Assembly: GCF_004010195.1 (NCBI RefSeq)
Contig: NC_057744.1
Span: 23,817,401-23,881,400, forward strand
DNA from: Chiloscyllium plagiosum
Taxonomy: Eukaryota
Direction of reading: 5' to 3'
DNA: 64,000 nucleotides
Of this stretch, positions 38,145-51,632 are shown piece by piece (positions within the stretch are counted from its first letter, which is position 1; each line of letters opens with the position of its first letter). A program made the translations under genes and the position numbers. Below the pieces are notes generated by a model. That model did no database searches, had not been told where the DNA came from, and worked only from the letters and a program-made list of their open reading frames with translations.

Positions 38145-41100
38145 AAAAAATGATTTGGATGCAAGCATAAGAGGTACAGTTAGTAAGTTTGTAAATGACA
38201 CCAAAATTGGAGGTGTAGTGGACAGTGAAGAGGGTTACCTCAGATTACAACAGGATCTTGACCAGATGGGCCAATGGGTTGAGAAGTGGCAGATGGAGTT
38301 TAATTCAGATAAATGTGAGGTGCTGCATTTTGGGAAAGCAAATCTTAGCAGGACTTATACACTTAATGGTAAAGTCCTAGGGAGTGTTGCTGAACAAACA
38401 GACCTTGAAGTGAAGATTCATAGCTCCTTGAAAGTGGAGTCACAGGTAGATAGTATAGTGAAGAAGGCATTTGGTATGCTTTCTTTTATATTGAGTACAG
38501 GAGTTGGGAGGTCATGTTACGGCTGTACAGGACATTGGTAAGGCCACTGTTGGAATATTGCATGCAATTCTGGTCTCCTTCCTATTGGAAATACGTCGTG
38601 AAATTTGAAAGGGTTCAGAAAAGATTTACTAGGATGTTGCCAGGGTTGGAGGATTTGAGCTATAGGGAGAGGCTGAACAGGCTGGGGCTGTTTTCCCTGG
38701 AGCATCGGAGGCTGAGGGGTGACGTTGTAGAGGTTTACAAAATTATGAGGGGCATGGATAGGGTAGATAAGCAAAGTCTTTTCTTTGGGGTGTGTGAGTC
38801 CAGAACTAGAGGGTATAGGATGTAGGTTTGCTCATCGAGCTGAAAGGTTCATTTCCAGACATTTCATTACCTTACGAGGTAACATCTTCAGTGGACCTAA
38901 TGCGAAGTAATGCTGAAACTTCCTGATTTCTATTTATATGTTTGGGTTTCTTTGGGTTGGTGATGTCATTTCCTTTGGTGATTTTATTTCCTATGGTGAA
39001 GTTCCTGCTCCTTTTCTCAAGGGGTGGTAGATGGGGTCTAACTCGATATGTTTGTTGATAGAGTTCTGGTTGGAATGCCATGCTTCTAGGAATTCTCATG
39101 CGTGTCTTTGGCTTGTCCTAGGATGGATGTATTGTCCCAGTCGAAGTGGTGTCCTTCCTCATCAGTATGTGAGGATACTAGTGAGAAAGGCTCATGTCTT
39201 TTTGTGGCTAGTTGATATTCATGTATCCTGGTGGCTAGTTTTCTGCCTGTTTGTCCAATGTTTTGTTTGTTATAGTCCTTGCACGGTATTTTGTAAATGA
39301 CATTAATTTTGTTCATTGTCTGTATAGGGTCTTCCAAATTCATTAGCTGCTGTTTTAGTGTGTTGGTGGGTTTGTGGGCTACCATGATGCCAAGGGGTCG
39401 GAGTAATCTGGCAGTCATTTCCGAGATGTCTTTGATGTAGGGGAGAGTGGCCAGGGTTTCTGGATGTGTTTTGTCTGCTTGTTTGGGTTTGTTGCTGAGA
39501 AATCGGCGGACTGTGTTCATTGGGTACCCATTCTTTTTGAACACACGGTATAGGTGATTTTCCTCTGCTCTGCGTAGTTCCTTTGTGCTGCAGTGTGTGT
39601 TGGCTCATTGAAATAATGTTCTGATGCAGCTTCATTTGTGGGTGTTGGGATGATTGCTTCTGCAGTTCAATATTTGTCTGTATGAGTTGTTTTCCTGTAG
39701 ACGCTGGTTTGAAGTTCCCCTTTGGCTGTTCGCTCTACTACGAAATCTAGGAATGGCAGTTTGTTGCTGTTTTCCTCTTCTTTAGTGAATTTTATGGCAG
39801 TAAGGGTATTATTTCTGGTCTTGAAGGTTTCCTCTAACTTGTTTCGTTTAATGATGACAAGGATGTCATCCACGTAGCGGACCCAGAGTTTGGGCTGGAT
39901 GGTTGGCAGAGCTGTTTGCTCAAGTCTCTGCATTACTCCTACTGCTAAGAACCCTGATATCGGAGATACCATGGGTGTTCCACTGGATTGTCTGTAAGTT
40001 TTGTTGTTGAAGGTGAAGTGGGTGGTAAGGCATAAGTCCATTAGCTTGATGATACTCCTTCAAGACCATCAGTAATACCCTTACTGGCATAAAATTCACT
40101 AAAGAGGAGGAAAACAACAACAAACTGCCATTCCTAGATGTCACAGTAGAGCAAACAGCCAATGGGTAACTTCAAACCAGCGTCTAGAGAAAAACAACAC
40201 ATACAGACCAAATATTGAACTACAGAAGCAACCATCCCAACACCCACAATCAAAGCTGCTTCAGAACATTATTTCAATGAGCCAACACACACTGCAGCAC
40301 AAAGGAACTACACAGAGAAGAGGAAAATCACCTCTACCGTGTGTTCAAAAAGAATGGGTACCCAATGAACACAGTCCGCCGATTTCTCAGCACCAAACCC
40401 AAACAAGCAGACAAAACACGTCCAGAAACCCTAGCCACTCTCCCTTACATCAAAGACATCTCAGAAATGACTGCCAGACTACTCAGACCCCTTGGCATCA
40501 TGTTAGCCCACAAACCCACCAACACACTAAAACAGCACCTAATAAACTTGAAAGACCCTATACAGACAATGAGCAAAACTAACGTCATTTACAAAATACC
40601 GTGCAAGGACTATAACAAATAATACGTTGGACAAACAGGCTGAAAACTAGCCACCAGGATACATGAACACCAACTAGCCACAAAAAGACATGAGCCATTC
40701 TCACTAGTATCCTCATATACTGATGAGGAAGGACACCACTCAGACTGGGACAATACATCCATCCTAGGACAAGCCAAAGACACGCATGAGAATTCCTAGA
40801 AGCATGGCATTCCAACCAGAACTCTATCAACAAACACATCGAGTTAGACCCCATCTACCATCCCTTGAGAAAAGGAACAGGAAGTGACTTTACCGCTGGA
40901 AATAACATCACCAAAGGAAATGACATTTCCAACCCAAAGAAACCCAAACATTTAAATAGAAATCAGGAAGTTTCAGCATTGCTTCGCATGAGGTCCACTG
41001 AAGATGTTACTTGGTAAGATTTTTGAAACATCTGGAAATGAACCTTTCAGCTCAGCGAGCAAACCTACATCCAAAACCTCAACCTGAGCAACAAATTTTC

Positions 41101-41403
41101 TCAAAACTCGCTAGAGGACATAGGTTTAGGGTGAGAGGGGAAAGATATAAAAGAGACACAAGGGGCAACATTTTCATGCAGAGGGTGGTATGTGTATGGA
41201 ATGAGCTGCCAGAGGAAGTGGTGGAGGCTGGTACAATTGCAACATTTAAGAGGCATTTGGATGGGTACATGAATAGGAAGGGTTTGGAGGGATATGGGCG
41301 GGGTACTGGCAGGTGGGACTAGATTGGGTTGGGATATCTAGTCGGCATGGACGGGTTGGACCGAAAGGTCTGTTTCCATGCTGTACATCTCTATGACTCT
41401 ATG
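38145..41403 (+). mobile_element. CR1 3' part interrupted by the PLE pair (38145-38819 and 41111-41403)
   Basis: SRTRG|...|RGHRFRVRGE continuity across the insertion; same family as the 33.1-35.5 kb copy. Confidence 0.93.
38820..41110. mobile_element. Poseidon-type Penelope-like element as an inverted pair, inserted in a CR1
   Basis: Minus copy 38820-about 40053 (GTPMVSPISG, WVRYVDD, LPFLD, NVIYKIPC...GQTGR) joined to plus copy about 40057-41110; 14-bp TSD CTAGAGGGTATAGG (38806-38819) / CTAGAGGACATAGG (41111-41124). Confidence 0.93.
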
Positions 41404-41404
41404 T

Positions 41405-43725
41405 AGATGTGAATGTGTAAAGAATGTACAGAGGGCTCTGGGTGTCCTACATCAGTCTATGAAAGTAGCAATTAGAAGGGTAAATGGTATATATGCAAGA
41501 GGATTTAAGTACAGAAGATAGCTTATTGCAGTTATACAGAATTAGAGGAAATGACAGCTGGAGTATTGTGCTCAGTATTCTGACCTCTCTATCCAAAAAA
41601 GGATATACTTGCCATAAAGGGTATAAAGTAGAGGGATGGACATCTGGAGAGATTGCCTAGGCCTGATTTACCAGAGTTTAGAAGGATTAAAGCGGATCTG
41701 ATTAGAATCCGTAAAAATCTAATAGGGCTGGACAGATGAGATGCAGGGAAGCTGTGTTCCTTGGTTGGCAGCTCTAAAGCCAGGAGATACTGTTTGAAGA
41801 TCCGGGGTAGACCATTTAGGTCAGGAAAAAATGTCTTAACTCAAAACGTAGTGAACATGTGGAGAAGGCTACCACAGATGGCTGTGGAGATCAAATCATT
41901 GAACATGCTCAAGGAAGAGGTAGATAAATGTTTAGATTTTAAAGACATCAAGAGGCACGGGGAGAAAGTGGAAATATGAAATTCAATCAAGCATCAGCCA
42001 AGAACAGACTGAATTGTGAAGCAGGCTCAAAGAGTCAACTGGTCTCCCACTGTGAGCTTATAATGATTAAAACATTGAAGGAAGTGAGTGAAAGTTGCAG
42101 GGACACTGGCCATGATCCAGTCTACTTAGAGACTCAGGGTAGATGACAGAGCTATGGAGAATTGCAAACATTATACCCGAGATAAAAACGTTTATATGAA
42201 TAAGGCCAGCAACTTCAGTCCAGTCAGTTTAACTTTGTGACAGTGCAGCATCTGGAAACAATTATTTAGGATTGAATTGCTAGTCACATAGAAAATGTTG
42301 CATTGATTACAGCCACAGGATTAATCTGGTGCACATGAAGTTTGAAAAGCTTTTCGATACAGTCCCACTTTAAGACTTGTGAGAAAATTTCAGGGATAAA
42401 AAGAGTAATGGTCAATGGATGTTTTTGACATCAGAGGAAGACTTGTAGTGGAGGTCACCAGGAGTCTGCATTGGGACCCTTGCATTCATTGCCATTTGTC
42501 TATGTCTCGATCTTGGTGTGCAAGGGACAATTCTCAAGGGGTTATCGGAGCAGACAAACCTGGTATGTGCATAGATCATTCAAAGTGACAGGACAGATGG
42601 AGAGAGCAGTTAATAGAACATACAGTACACTGAGCTTTATTAAAGGTTTATAGGAAGCATGAGCAAGGTGGTTATCCTGAACTGATCAATACGCTTGGAT
42701 AGATCTCAGCAGGACTATCATAGGCAGCTTTAATGTTACCATATGGAAAAGAGGTGAGCACATTAGAAAAGGTGTGGAAGAGATTTACAGTGATGGATCC
42801 AGGAATGAAGACAGAGTGCAGAGGCTGGGTCTATTCTTCACAGAGTAAAGAAGGCTAAGGAGAGATCAGTTAGAAGGTTTCAATAATCCATCTGAAAGCA
42901 GTAGATAGTGAGAAACTCTACCCACTCATAAAACAATTGCAAATGCACATACAAACATACAAGTTAGGAACATCCATTCAGAATGGCCCTGCCATATGGT
43001 TGAAATGATTGTAACTTGAAATCTGTATTCCTACCTACCCCTGATAAATTTTCATCCCCTTGTTTGACAAGAAACAAGTCACTAAACCCTCAGAGAATAG
43101 ACTTTAATGTATCTGTTTGATATGGGTGTCTGCTCATTTTCAAATAGTGAACCCTAGTTCTAGCTTCTGCCATTAGAGGAAACATCCTCCCAGGGTGTTA
43201 TATATTTCAAACAAGTCACTGTTATCTAAACTCCAGCGACACAAACCTATCCTGTTTAATCCAATCTTACGAATTGACGTCATTCCAGATACCAGTCTGG
43301 AAAATTCTCTGGACTGTCACCAATGCACTCACATCCTTTCTTAATTAACGTGGTCAACATTCTGCACAAAAAGTCCAGACTGTGTTATTACCAGTGTTCT
43401 GTATAACTGGAGCTTAACCTTCCCTCAGCCTTGGTGCTCAATTTCCATTATGAAAAGTGGGCAAAGATTTAAAAAGTGAAGACACCAATGTGATGCAAGG
43501 AAAGTTTTTTTTTCACACAAGTTATTGGGTCTGAAGTCCATTGGTTTGAAGTTGGTGGAGGCGGGTTCAAGTTGAGGTATTCAAGCAGGCATCATATAAT
43601 TTTAAATCAAAACAATGCGCAAGGGTATGGAGAGATAGGCAGGAAAATGGCACTAAGATATAATGTTCATTTGAAAAGCTGGTGTAAACATGATGGACTG
43701 ACTGGCCTCCTTCTGTAGCATTTTC
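41405..43725. mobile_element. Cluster of old CR1 fragments in both orientations
   Basis: Degraded LEYC...W, KAFD, RGDL and 3'-end motifs. Confidence 0.7.
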
Positions 43726-44274
43726 AATTTTGAATAAAACATATATGTAGGACATTAAATTACATGCGGATAATTAAACAAAAACTGCAATCATGACCAA
43801 GTTGTGGAACACACTCACAAAACAAAACAAATTCTGATTTCAGGCTCACAACTGGTTTGACATCAGATGTGAGAATATGAAAACTACTCCACTTCAATGT
43901 GCTTAAATTTGGGTATAATCCAAGCAAAGCAACAAACAGGATTATATTCTACAGGACATCAAGACCTGAGACATTGGCAAGCAATGAGTTGCTCATTTTG
44001 TCTGTATAAAACCAGGATCAGAGAAAATAAATGATGCACAACTTATTTTGCTTGTTCATAAAATGTACACAACTTAAAGAATTCTGTACTGAATCAGCAT
44101 CAGATCAAATATCTAATGTTTCAAACACGGAGGATCATTGTTTGACACAAGTCAGGTCTGCGTTATCACATGTTTTCCCTTACCTTCTGAATCATTGATT
44201 ACATGCAGTCACACGTATTTCAGTATCTGACAGCTCTCTTGCCAAACTCTTTATTCTTTGTGTGTGAGCTGAAG

Positions 44275-44660
44275 TGACGCTTGCCTGAATGAGCACAGCT
44301 CCAACAACACTCAAGCAGCTTGACATCTGGAACAAAGCAGCCTGCTTGAATGGCACCACACCCACATTCACACAACACTGTCACTCAGTAGCAGCAGTGT
44401 GTACGATCTACAAGATGCACTACAGAAATTCACCAAAGATGCTCAGACAGCACCTTCCAAACCCATGACCACTTCTATCTAGAAGGACAAGGGCAGCATA
44501 TGGGAACACCACTGCCTTCAATTTCTCCTCTAAGCCACTCATTGACCTGGCATGGAAATATGTCACTGTTCCTTCATTGTTACTGGGTAGAAATCCAACG
44601 ATTCACTCCCTGAAGGCATTGAGTGTCAAGCTACAGCTTGACTGCAGTGTTTCAAGAAGA
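44275..44660 (+). mobile_element. L2/Crack-like LINE 3' part
   Basis: Homologous to 1900-2340 and 17560-17970. Confidence 0.85.
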
Positions 44661-45180
44661 CAAAAGGTTCTTCAGTCATCAGACAAACTGAAACTTGTCC
44701 ACATGCTCTCGCCATACATATACCAGGTAACATCTCACAGCTTATTCAAGCTCTCATCCTACAATAACCATACTTCACTGGAACACTGCTGCTTGAAATG
44801 AGTCAACTCTGCACTCACTGAGGATTAAGCTTGTAAACCTTCTGCCCTTTGACTCAGTTCCAGGCTTCATTTATCAACTGAAACATTTGAAGGTGCTTCC
44901 TCTGAGCGTGCACAATGTTCACATCAATGCCAAGACGCTGCAGACATAATTCATTTTCTAGAGACATGCTGGCTTTGCAGGAGAACTCCAATTTTATGGT
45001 TATTTAAAAATTTGTGGGTAGAAGCTAATCTGAGGGCATATTAAATCAACTAGCCAATATCTGCAGATTTGATTAGATGCAATGGATTGCTTAAAATAAT
45101 GGAGTAGCTACAAGTGATACAGCTTGAAAGGTTTAAAATGTTTATTGAAATATAATCAAAAAAAGACACACTGGGTATAT

Positions 45181-45384
45181 ATGATTAGAGACAAAAAACA
45201 CCTGTGGAAGCTGGAATCCAAAGTAGATAGGCAGGAGGCTGGAAGAACACAGCAAGCCAGGCTGTATCAGAAGGTCTGGAAGTCAATGTTTCAGGTCCTG
45301 AAAAAGGATTACATCTGAAACGTCAACCTTTGCACCTCCTGACATTGCCTGCCTTGCTGTGCTCTTCCAGTCTATTGCCTGTCT
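45181..45384. mobile_element. Fold-back PLE-terminus derivative
   Basis: Inverted arms (GTAGATAGGCA.../...TGCCTGTCTAC); 13-bp TSD ACACTGGGTATAT on both sides. Confidence 0.78.
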
Positions 45385-45639
45385 ACACTGGGTATATGTA
45401 AAGTTAGAAAGACAGAATGGTCTGGTATACAGTGACTCCTCCTTCCAGGTATTTCAGCTCATCGGAGTGCTAAGCTAGCAAAGAGCCTCTCCCCTTCACC
45501 ACAGCAGTCTCCTTTTGGACTGCTTTCTATTTACCTTATATTTAGGGATTGATGGATATTTCATGCTAAGCATTTGTTCACTAACAAAATGTTCAACACT
45601 GAAAGGGACACCCAAAACTTTCCTCTTACGCCTGAGATC

Positions 45640-46360
45640 ACAGAATCATAAAGATCTACAATACTGTACTGGTCAAATACAAACCAAACTATTCTAATTC
45701 CATTTTCCAACACTTGACTCATAGTTAAATGTTTTAACATCATAAGTGCACACTGAAACATTTCTTAACTGTTCTGCCCTGCCACCTTTACAAGCAGTGA
45801 TTTCCAGATTTTCACCACACTAAATGAAAAAGAATTTTCTCACATTTCCTTTAAACATTCGGCATCACTTTACACCTTAATCTATGTCCCTTGGTCATTG
45901 ATTCCTCAATCAAGGGAAAGTTTCTTCCTGTTGACTCTATCTATGCTCCTCATAATTTTATACACTTTAATCAAGTCCCCTCTTAATCTCCTTTGCTGTA
46001 ACAAAAGCAGCCCCAGTCAATCCATACTCTCTTCATAACCGAAATTCTCCAGCCCAGGTAAAATCCTGGCAAATTTCCTCTGCACTCACTAGTGCTTTCA
46101 CATCTATCTTGTAATGTAGGTTCCAGAACTGCACCCTATTGCACATGGTCTGCCTTACCAAAACAAAGCCTGTGCCTAAAGGATCACTTCCTGGAACATA
46201 ACAGTCGTTGCTTTTATGTAATCATGGACAAGGATGTAGAGTTCTTGAACTTGAGTGGAGGATCAAGGAGGATCAAGGGTTACAGGGAGAAGGCAGGAGG
46301 ATGCAGCTGAGAAATGTATCAGCCATGATCAAATGATGGAGTAAACTCGATGGGCCAAAT
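45640..46360. mobile_element. CR1 3' fragments (minus 45640-46150, plus 46220-46360)
   Basis: Typical CR1 C-terminal and 3' UTR motifs. Confidence 0.75.
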
Positions 46361-47139
46361 GAGATGGAAATTTTTTGATTGTTGTTGACAAAGTAACACT
46401 GAACTTAAAATGATTCATTAACTCAGTGTCAACATACAAATCCAATAATTTTCATAATCTTCCGTGGCACATACTCGTTTGCCAAGTAACATCAGCAGTT
46501 TTGAATATTTGTATTTTTCTGGGATTATCTTTGGATACGCTACTGTAATTGTATGCAAAACTGTGTCTATTTGTAAAAAAAAAGGTGAAGGCTTGAGTTT
46601 AGCTGGATGGTGATCTGCAAATGATGGTACAGGAAGGAGATTGAAATTATTCCCTAGGAAAGAGGTAGGAGAGGAAAGTTTGAACTCTGTGCCAAAAAAA
46701 TGGCACTGAGAATCCCACCGTCCAGGTGGGATCTTTAACAAACATGACAACAGGACAGCTAAAGGAGAAAACAAAGGCTAGAGAGTGTGGGTGAGTATGA
46801 GGCTGAGGAAAAACTGGAGTGGTTTGGAAATGGGAAGTGGGGAAGGGTCAATGACAGACTTGAATAGGTTGATGTGGAGATTAGAGAGAAAAAAGCTGTA
46901 CAGTATGGTGGGGTTGAGTGCAACAGGGGTCTAAGGTAGATTAAATACCAGACATTATGCCATTAAATGTAATTGGAAGCTGCATGACCATCATGTCAGA
47001 AGGGAGAATAGAATGAACTGGAAGGAGCAAATGAGTTCCAGGTTTTTACATTGAGGATGACCTTGAGTGACAGGGCAAGGCGGAACAAGGATAATAATAA
47101 AAGAGAGAACATTAAAATGCAAAACATGTTGACAGGGTA

Positions 47140-48860
47140 ATTTAGGGTGAGATGCAAACCAGGCCACAGTACAAGGAAAAAAAGTTAGGATGATTAAAAA
47201 TGGTAATAAAGCATACCTGAAGGCCAGTATGTTAATGCATGAAGCATTTAAGATAATGTAGAAAAAATAATGCTGCAAATTGAGGTAAATGGATATGATC
47301 TTGCAGCCATTACGGAGACATACCTATAAGGAGATCAGAACTGGGAACTTAACATTCAGGCACATTTGATCTTTTCGAAAAGTCAGGAGGCAAGGAAAAG
47401 GTGGCAGGATAACATTTTCAATAAGCGATGAAATTAGGATAGTTATGAGACAGGATCTAGGCTCAGATAAGGGAGAGTCCATTTGAGTGGAGGTAGGTAA
47501 CAGCAAGGGAAAGTAGATACTGCTAGGAGTAGTATATGGACACTCAAACAGTAGCCACATTGTAGGAAATCAGAAATAATGGGAGTTTTTATTTATTCAT
47601 TCATGCGATGTGAGCATCACCAGCTAAAGCCAACATTCATTGCTGACCCCAATGGCCCAGATTGTAGTTAAGAGTCATTCATGTTGCTGTGGATATGGAA
47701 TTATGTGTGAGTCAGACCAGGAAAGGAAGACAGATTTACTGCTCTAAAAAAAAACAGATTAATGAATCAGAAGGAAGGGTTTTTACAACAATGGGTACAT
47801 GGCCAATATTAGGCCAGCTCCTCATTCCAAATTCATAAGTGAATTCAAATTTCATCATTTTCCAAAGTAGGGTTCAAACCATGTCACCAGAACATCACCT
47901 TGCATTTCTGAGTTACTCGTCCAGTGACATTACCACTACCCCACTGCTGGATTTTCCAATGATCAGGTCGCTGATTGGCTGCTGTGAAGTTTTCAGCTGG
48001 TACTAGGACTTCAGGGTGAGGATGGCACAGCTGCTAAGAGCTGCTAGCTCAGCACTGCCACAGAGGAGGCTGTCGTGACTGCTGGTACAACAACCAGGAT
48101 GGATGATTGGCTATGGTAAGGTTAGTGCTGCTTGGGGTTGGGTTTGCTAGGTGGAGGTCATGGAGGAAGACAGTCCACAGAGGTCAGAAGGGCGGGGGTG
48201 CGTCTCGGTGATCATCTACCGAATGTACAAATAACAGGGCAATAGTTATGGTTGACTTTAATTTTAATGTTGTTTGGGTCAAACAAACTGTAAAGGGTAG
48301 TAATGACAATGAATTCATAGTTTGCATTAGGATTAGTTTCCCTTGGGAATGTGTCATGCAACCAACGAGGGGAACAGGCTATCTTGAATCGGGTAATGGG
48401 TGATGAGGCATATTTAATAAATGACCTCAGAATAAAAGAATAAACATGATAAAAGTTGATATTCAGTTGAAGCTGACAAACTGTGCTTAACTTAAATAAA
48501 GGGAATTATGGTGAAATGAGGATAAATTTAGCTGAAGCAGCCTCAGCAAATAGATTAGAAGGACAGACAGTCAGCAAGCAATGGCAGATATTTAAGCCAG
48601 TAATTCTTGATTCTCAGCAAAGAGATATCCCAGTAAGGAGGAAAGGTTCTAAAAGTGGGATAAACCAACCATGGGTTAACGCGGAGGTTAAGGACAGTAT
48701 TATGTTGAAAGAAAATGCATAGAAAGAGGCCCCAAAGACCAGGATAAATTCATAATCCAGTTATGGAGGAGTGAAAAGATAATAAAGTAAACTAAGCGGG
48801 CAAACTAGTGAGGAATATAAAAACTGACTATAAAAACCTGTTGAAATTTATAAAAAAGAT
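47140..48860 (+). mobile_element. CR1 endonuclease region, interrupted by other repeats at 47590-48230
   Basis: YDLAAITET, LLGVVY, IVMVDFNF, LNLNKGNY motifs. Confidence 0.78.
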
Positions 48861-50462
48861 CTGGATATAGGTTTGCTCACTGAGCTGGGAGGTTCATTTT
48901 CATGTTTCGTCACTAGGTATGATCATTAGTGAGCCTCCAGATGAAGCACTGGTGGCATGGCCTGCTTTCTATTTATGTGTTTAGGTTTCCTTGGATTGGT
49001 GATGTCACTTGCTGTTCTTTTTCTCAGGGGGTGGTAAATGGGATCCTAGTCAATTGTGTTTGTTGTAGAGTTCCAGTTGGAATGCCATGCTTCTGGGAAT
49101 TATCATGTGTGTCTGTTTGGCTTGTCCTAGGATGGATGTGTTGTCCCAATCAAAGTGGTGTCCTTCCTCATCAGTATGCGAGGATACTCGTGAGAGTGGG
49201 TCATGTCTTTTTGGGGCTAATTGATGTTCACGTATCCTGGTGGCTAGTTTTCTGCCTGTTTTCCAGTATAATGTTTGTTATAGTTCTTGCAAGGTATTTT
49301 GTTGTTTGTTGTCTGTATCAGGTCTTACAAGCTCATTAGTTGCTGTTTCAGTGTGTTGGTGTGTTTGTGAGCTACTATGATGCCAAGAGGTCTGAGTAGT
49401 CTGGCAGTAATTTCTGAGATGTCTTTGATGTAGGGGAGAATGGCTAAGGTTCTGGACATGTTTCGCCTCCTTGTTGGGGTTTGTTGCTGAGGAGTCAGCG
49501 GACTGTGTTCATTGGGTACCCATTCTTTTTGAATACACTGTAGTTCTTCTGTGCTGCAGTGTATGGTGGCTCATTGAAATAATGTTCTAATGCAGTTTAC
49601 TTTGTGGGTGTTGAGATGATTCCTTCTGTAGATCAGTATTTGGTCCGTATGTGTTGTTTTCCTGTAGATGCTGGTTTGAAGTTCCCCATTGGATACCCCA
49701 AAAATACCCTTACTGGCATAAAATTCACTAAAGAGGAGGAAAACAACAATAACCTGCCATTCCTAGATGTTGCAGTAGAGCGAACAGCCAATGGGGAAGT
49801 CAGCTGATGTCTCAGCAACAAACCCCAACAAGCAGACAAAACACATTCAGAAACTCTGGCCACTTTCCCCTACATCAAAGGCATCTCGAAATGACTGCCA
49901 GACCACTCAGATCTCTTGGCATCCTGGTAGCCCACAAACCCACCAACACATTAAAACAGCAGCTAATGAACTTGAAAGACCCCATACAGACAACAAACAA
50001 AACCAAAGTCATTTACAAAATACCCAACTGTAACAAACACTACATTGGACAAACAGGCAGAAAACCAGACACCAGGATACATGAACATCAACTAGCCACA
50101 CAAAGACATGACTCAGTCGTACCAGTATCATTATGTATGGATGAGGAAGGACACCACTTCGACTGGGACAACACATCCGTCCTAGGACAAGCCAAACAGA
50201 AACATGCACGAGAATTCCTAGAAGCACTGCGTTCCAACCGGAACTCTATCGACAAACACATTGACTTGGATCCCATTTATCACTCTGAGAAAAAGAACAG
50301 GAAATGACATCACCAATCCAAGGAAACCTAAACACATCAATAGAAAGCGAGCCATGCCACCGGTGCTTCATCCAGAGGTTCACTAATGATGATGTTGTCT
50401 AGTATGGTGACAAAACGTTTCAAAATGAACCTTGCAGCTCAGCAAGCAAACCTATATCAAGA
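48861..50462. mobile_element. Poseidon-type PLE inverted pair, second copy
   Basis: Minus arm 48861-about 49692, plus arm about 49700-50462 with GIY-YIG (VIYKIPNCNKHYIGQTGRK) and an internal deletion. Confidence 0.9.
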
Positions 50463-50467
50463 ATGAC

Positions 50468-51632
50468 AAATCTTGTATATGATGTTCGTTCTGGTGGTTT
50501 TTGGCACAGGGTCCTTTAAATTAATCAGGTGCTGTTTCAGTGTGGTGGCAGGTTTGAGGGCTACCATGTTGCCTAGGGGCCAGAGAAATCTGGTCTTCAT
50601 CTCTGAAATGTCTTTGATGTGTGGTAGGGTGGCTAGAGTTTCTGGGCATGTTGTGTCCTCCTGTTTAGGTCTGTTTTGCAGGCATCGGCAGACTGTGCTT
50701 ATTGGGCACCCCGTTATTCCTGAATATGTTGTATATGTGATTTTCCTCAGCTCCTCAAAGTTTCTGGATGCTGCAGTGTGTGTGGCTTGTTTAAATAATG
50801 TCCTGATGCAGCTCCATTTGTGAGTTTTGGAATGGTTGCTCCTGTAGTTGAGTATCTGGTCAGTGTGTGTGGCTTTCCTGTAAACACTAGTTTGCAGCTC
50901 CCCATTAGCTTTTCATTCTACTGTAACGTTTAGGAAAGGGTGTTGGTTATTGTTCTCTTCCTCTTTGGTGAACTTTATACCAGTAAGAATGTTGTTTATG
51001 TGTTTGTGGGTTTCTTCTACTTTGTTGCATTTCGTGATGACAAAGATGTCGCCCACGTAGCGGTCCCAAAGCTTGGATTGTGGGAAAAGCTGTTTGTTTT
51101 AACCTCTGCATAACTGCTTCTGCTATAAGTCCTGATATTGGTGATCCTACAGGCATTGTTTGTTGATTTGTTTGTAGATCTTGCAACAAACATTACACTG
51201 GACAAATAGGCAGGGTGTTAGCTACCAGGATGCATGAGCACCAACTAGCCACTGAAAGATATGACCAACTATCACTGGTATCCATACACACAGATGAAGG
51301 GGAACACCAGTTCGACTGGGATAGACACCCATCCTGGGACAGGCTAAACAAAGACATGCACGGAAATTCCTAGAGGCCTGGCATTCAAACCAGAATTCCA
51401 TTAACAAACATAGAGACTTTACCAACCTGACAGAAACAGAACCGGAAGTGATATCACTTACCACAACAAACCGAGACAGATAAATAGCAAATGGGACAGA
51501 ATACCAATGCTTCACTGGAGGCTCACTGATGATGTTATCCAGTATGGTGACAAAACGTCTGAGAACAAATCCACAAGCTCAGAGAGCAAACTTACAACCT
51601 GATTCACAACATTAGTTACAAATTTTCTCCAA
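50468..51632. mobile_element. Poseidon-type PLE inverted pair, different subfamily
   Basis: Minus arm (PVGSPISGLIAEAVMQRL) to about 51180, plus arm GIY-YIG C-terminus and terminus to about 51632. Confidence 0.85.
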
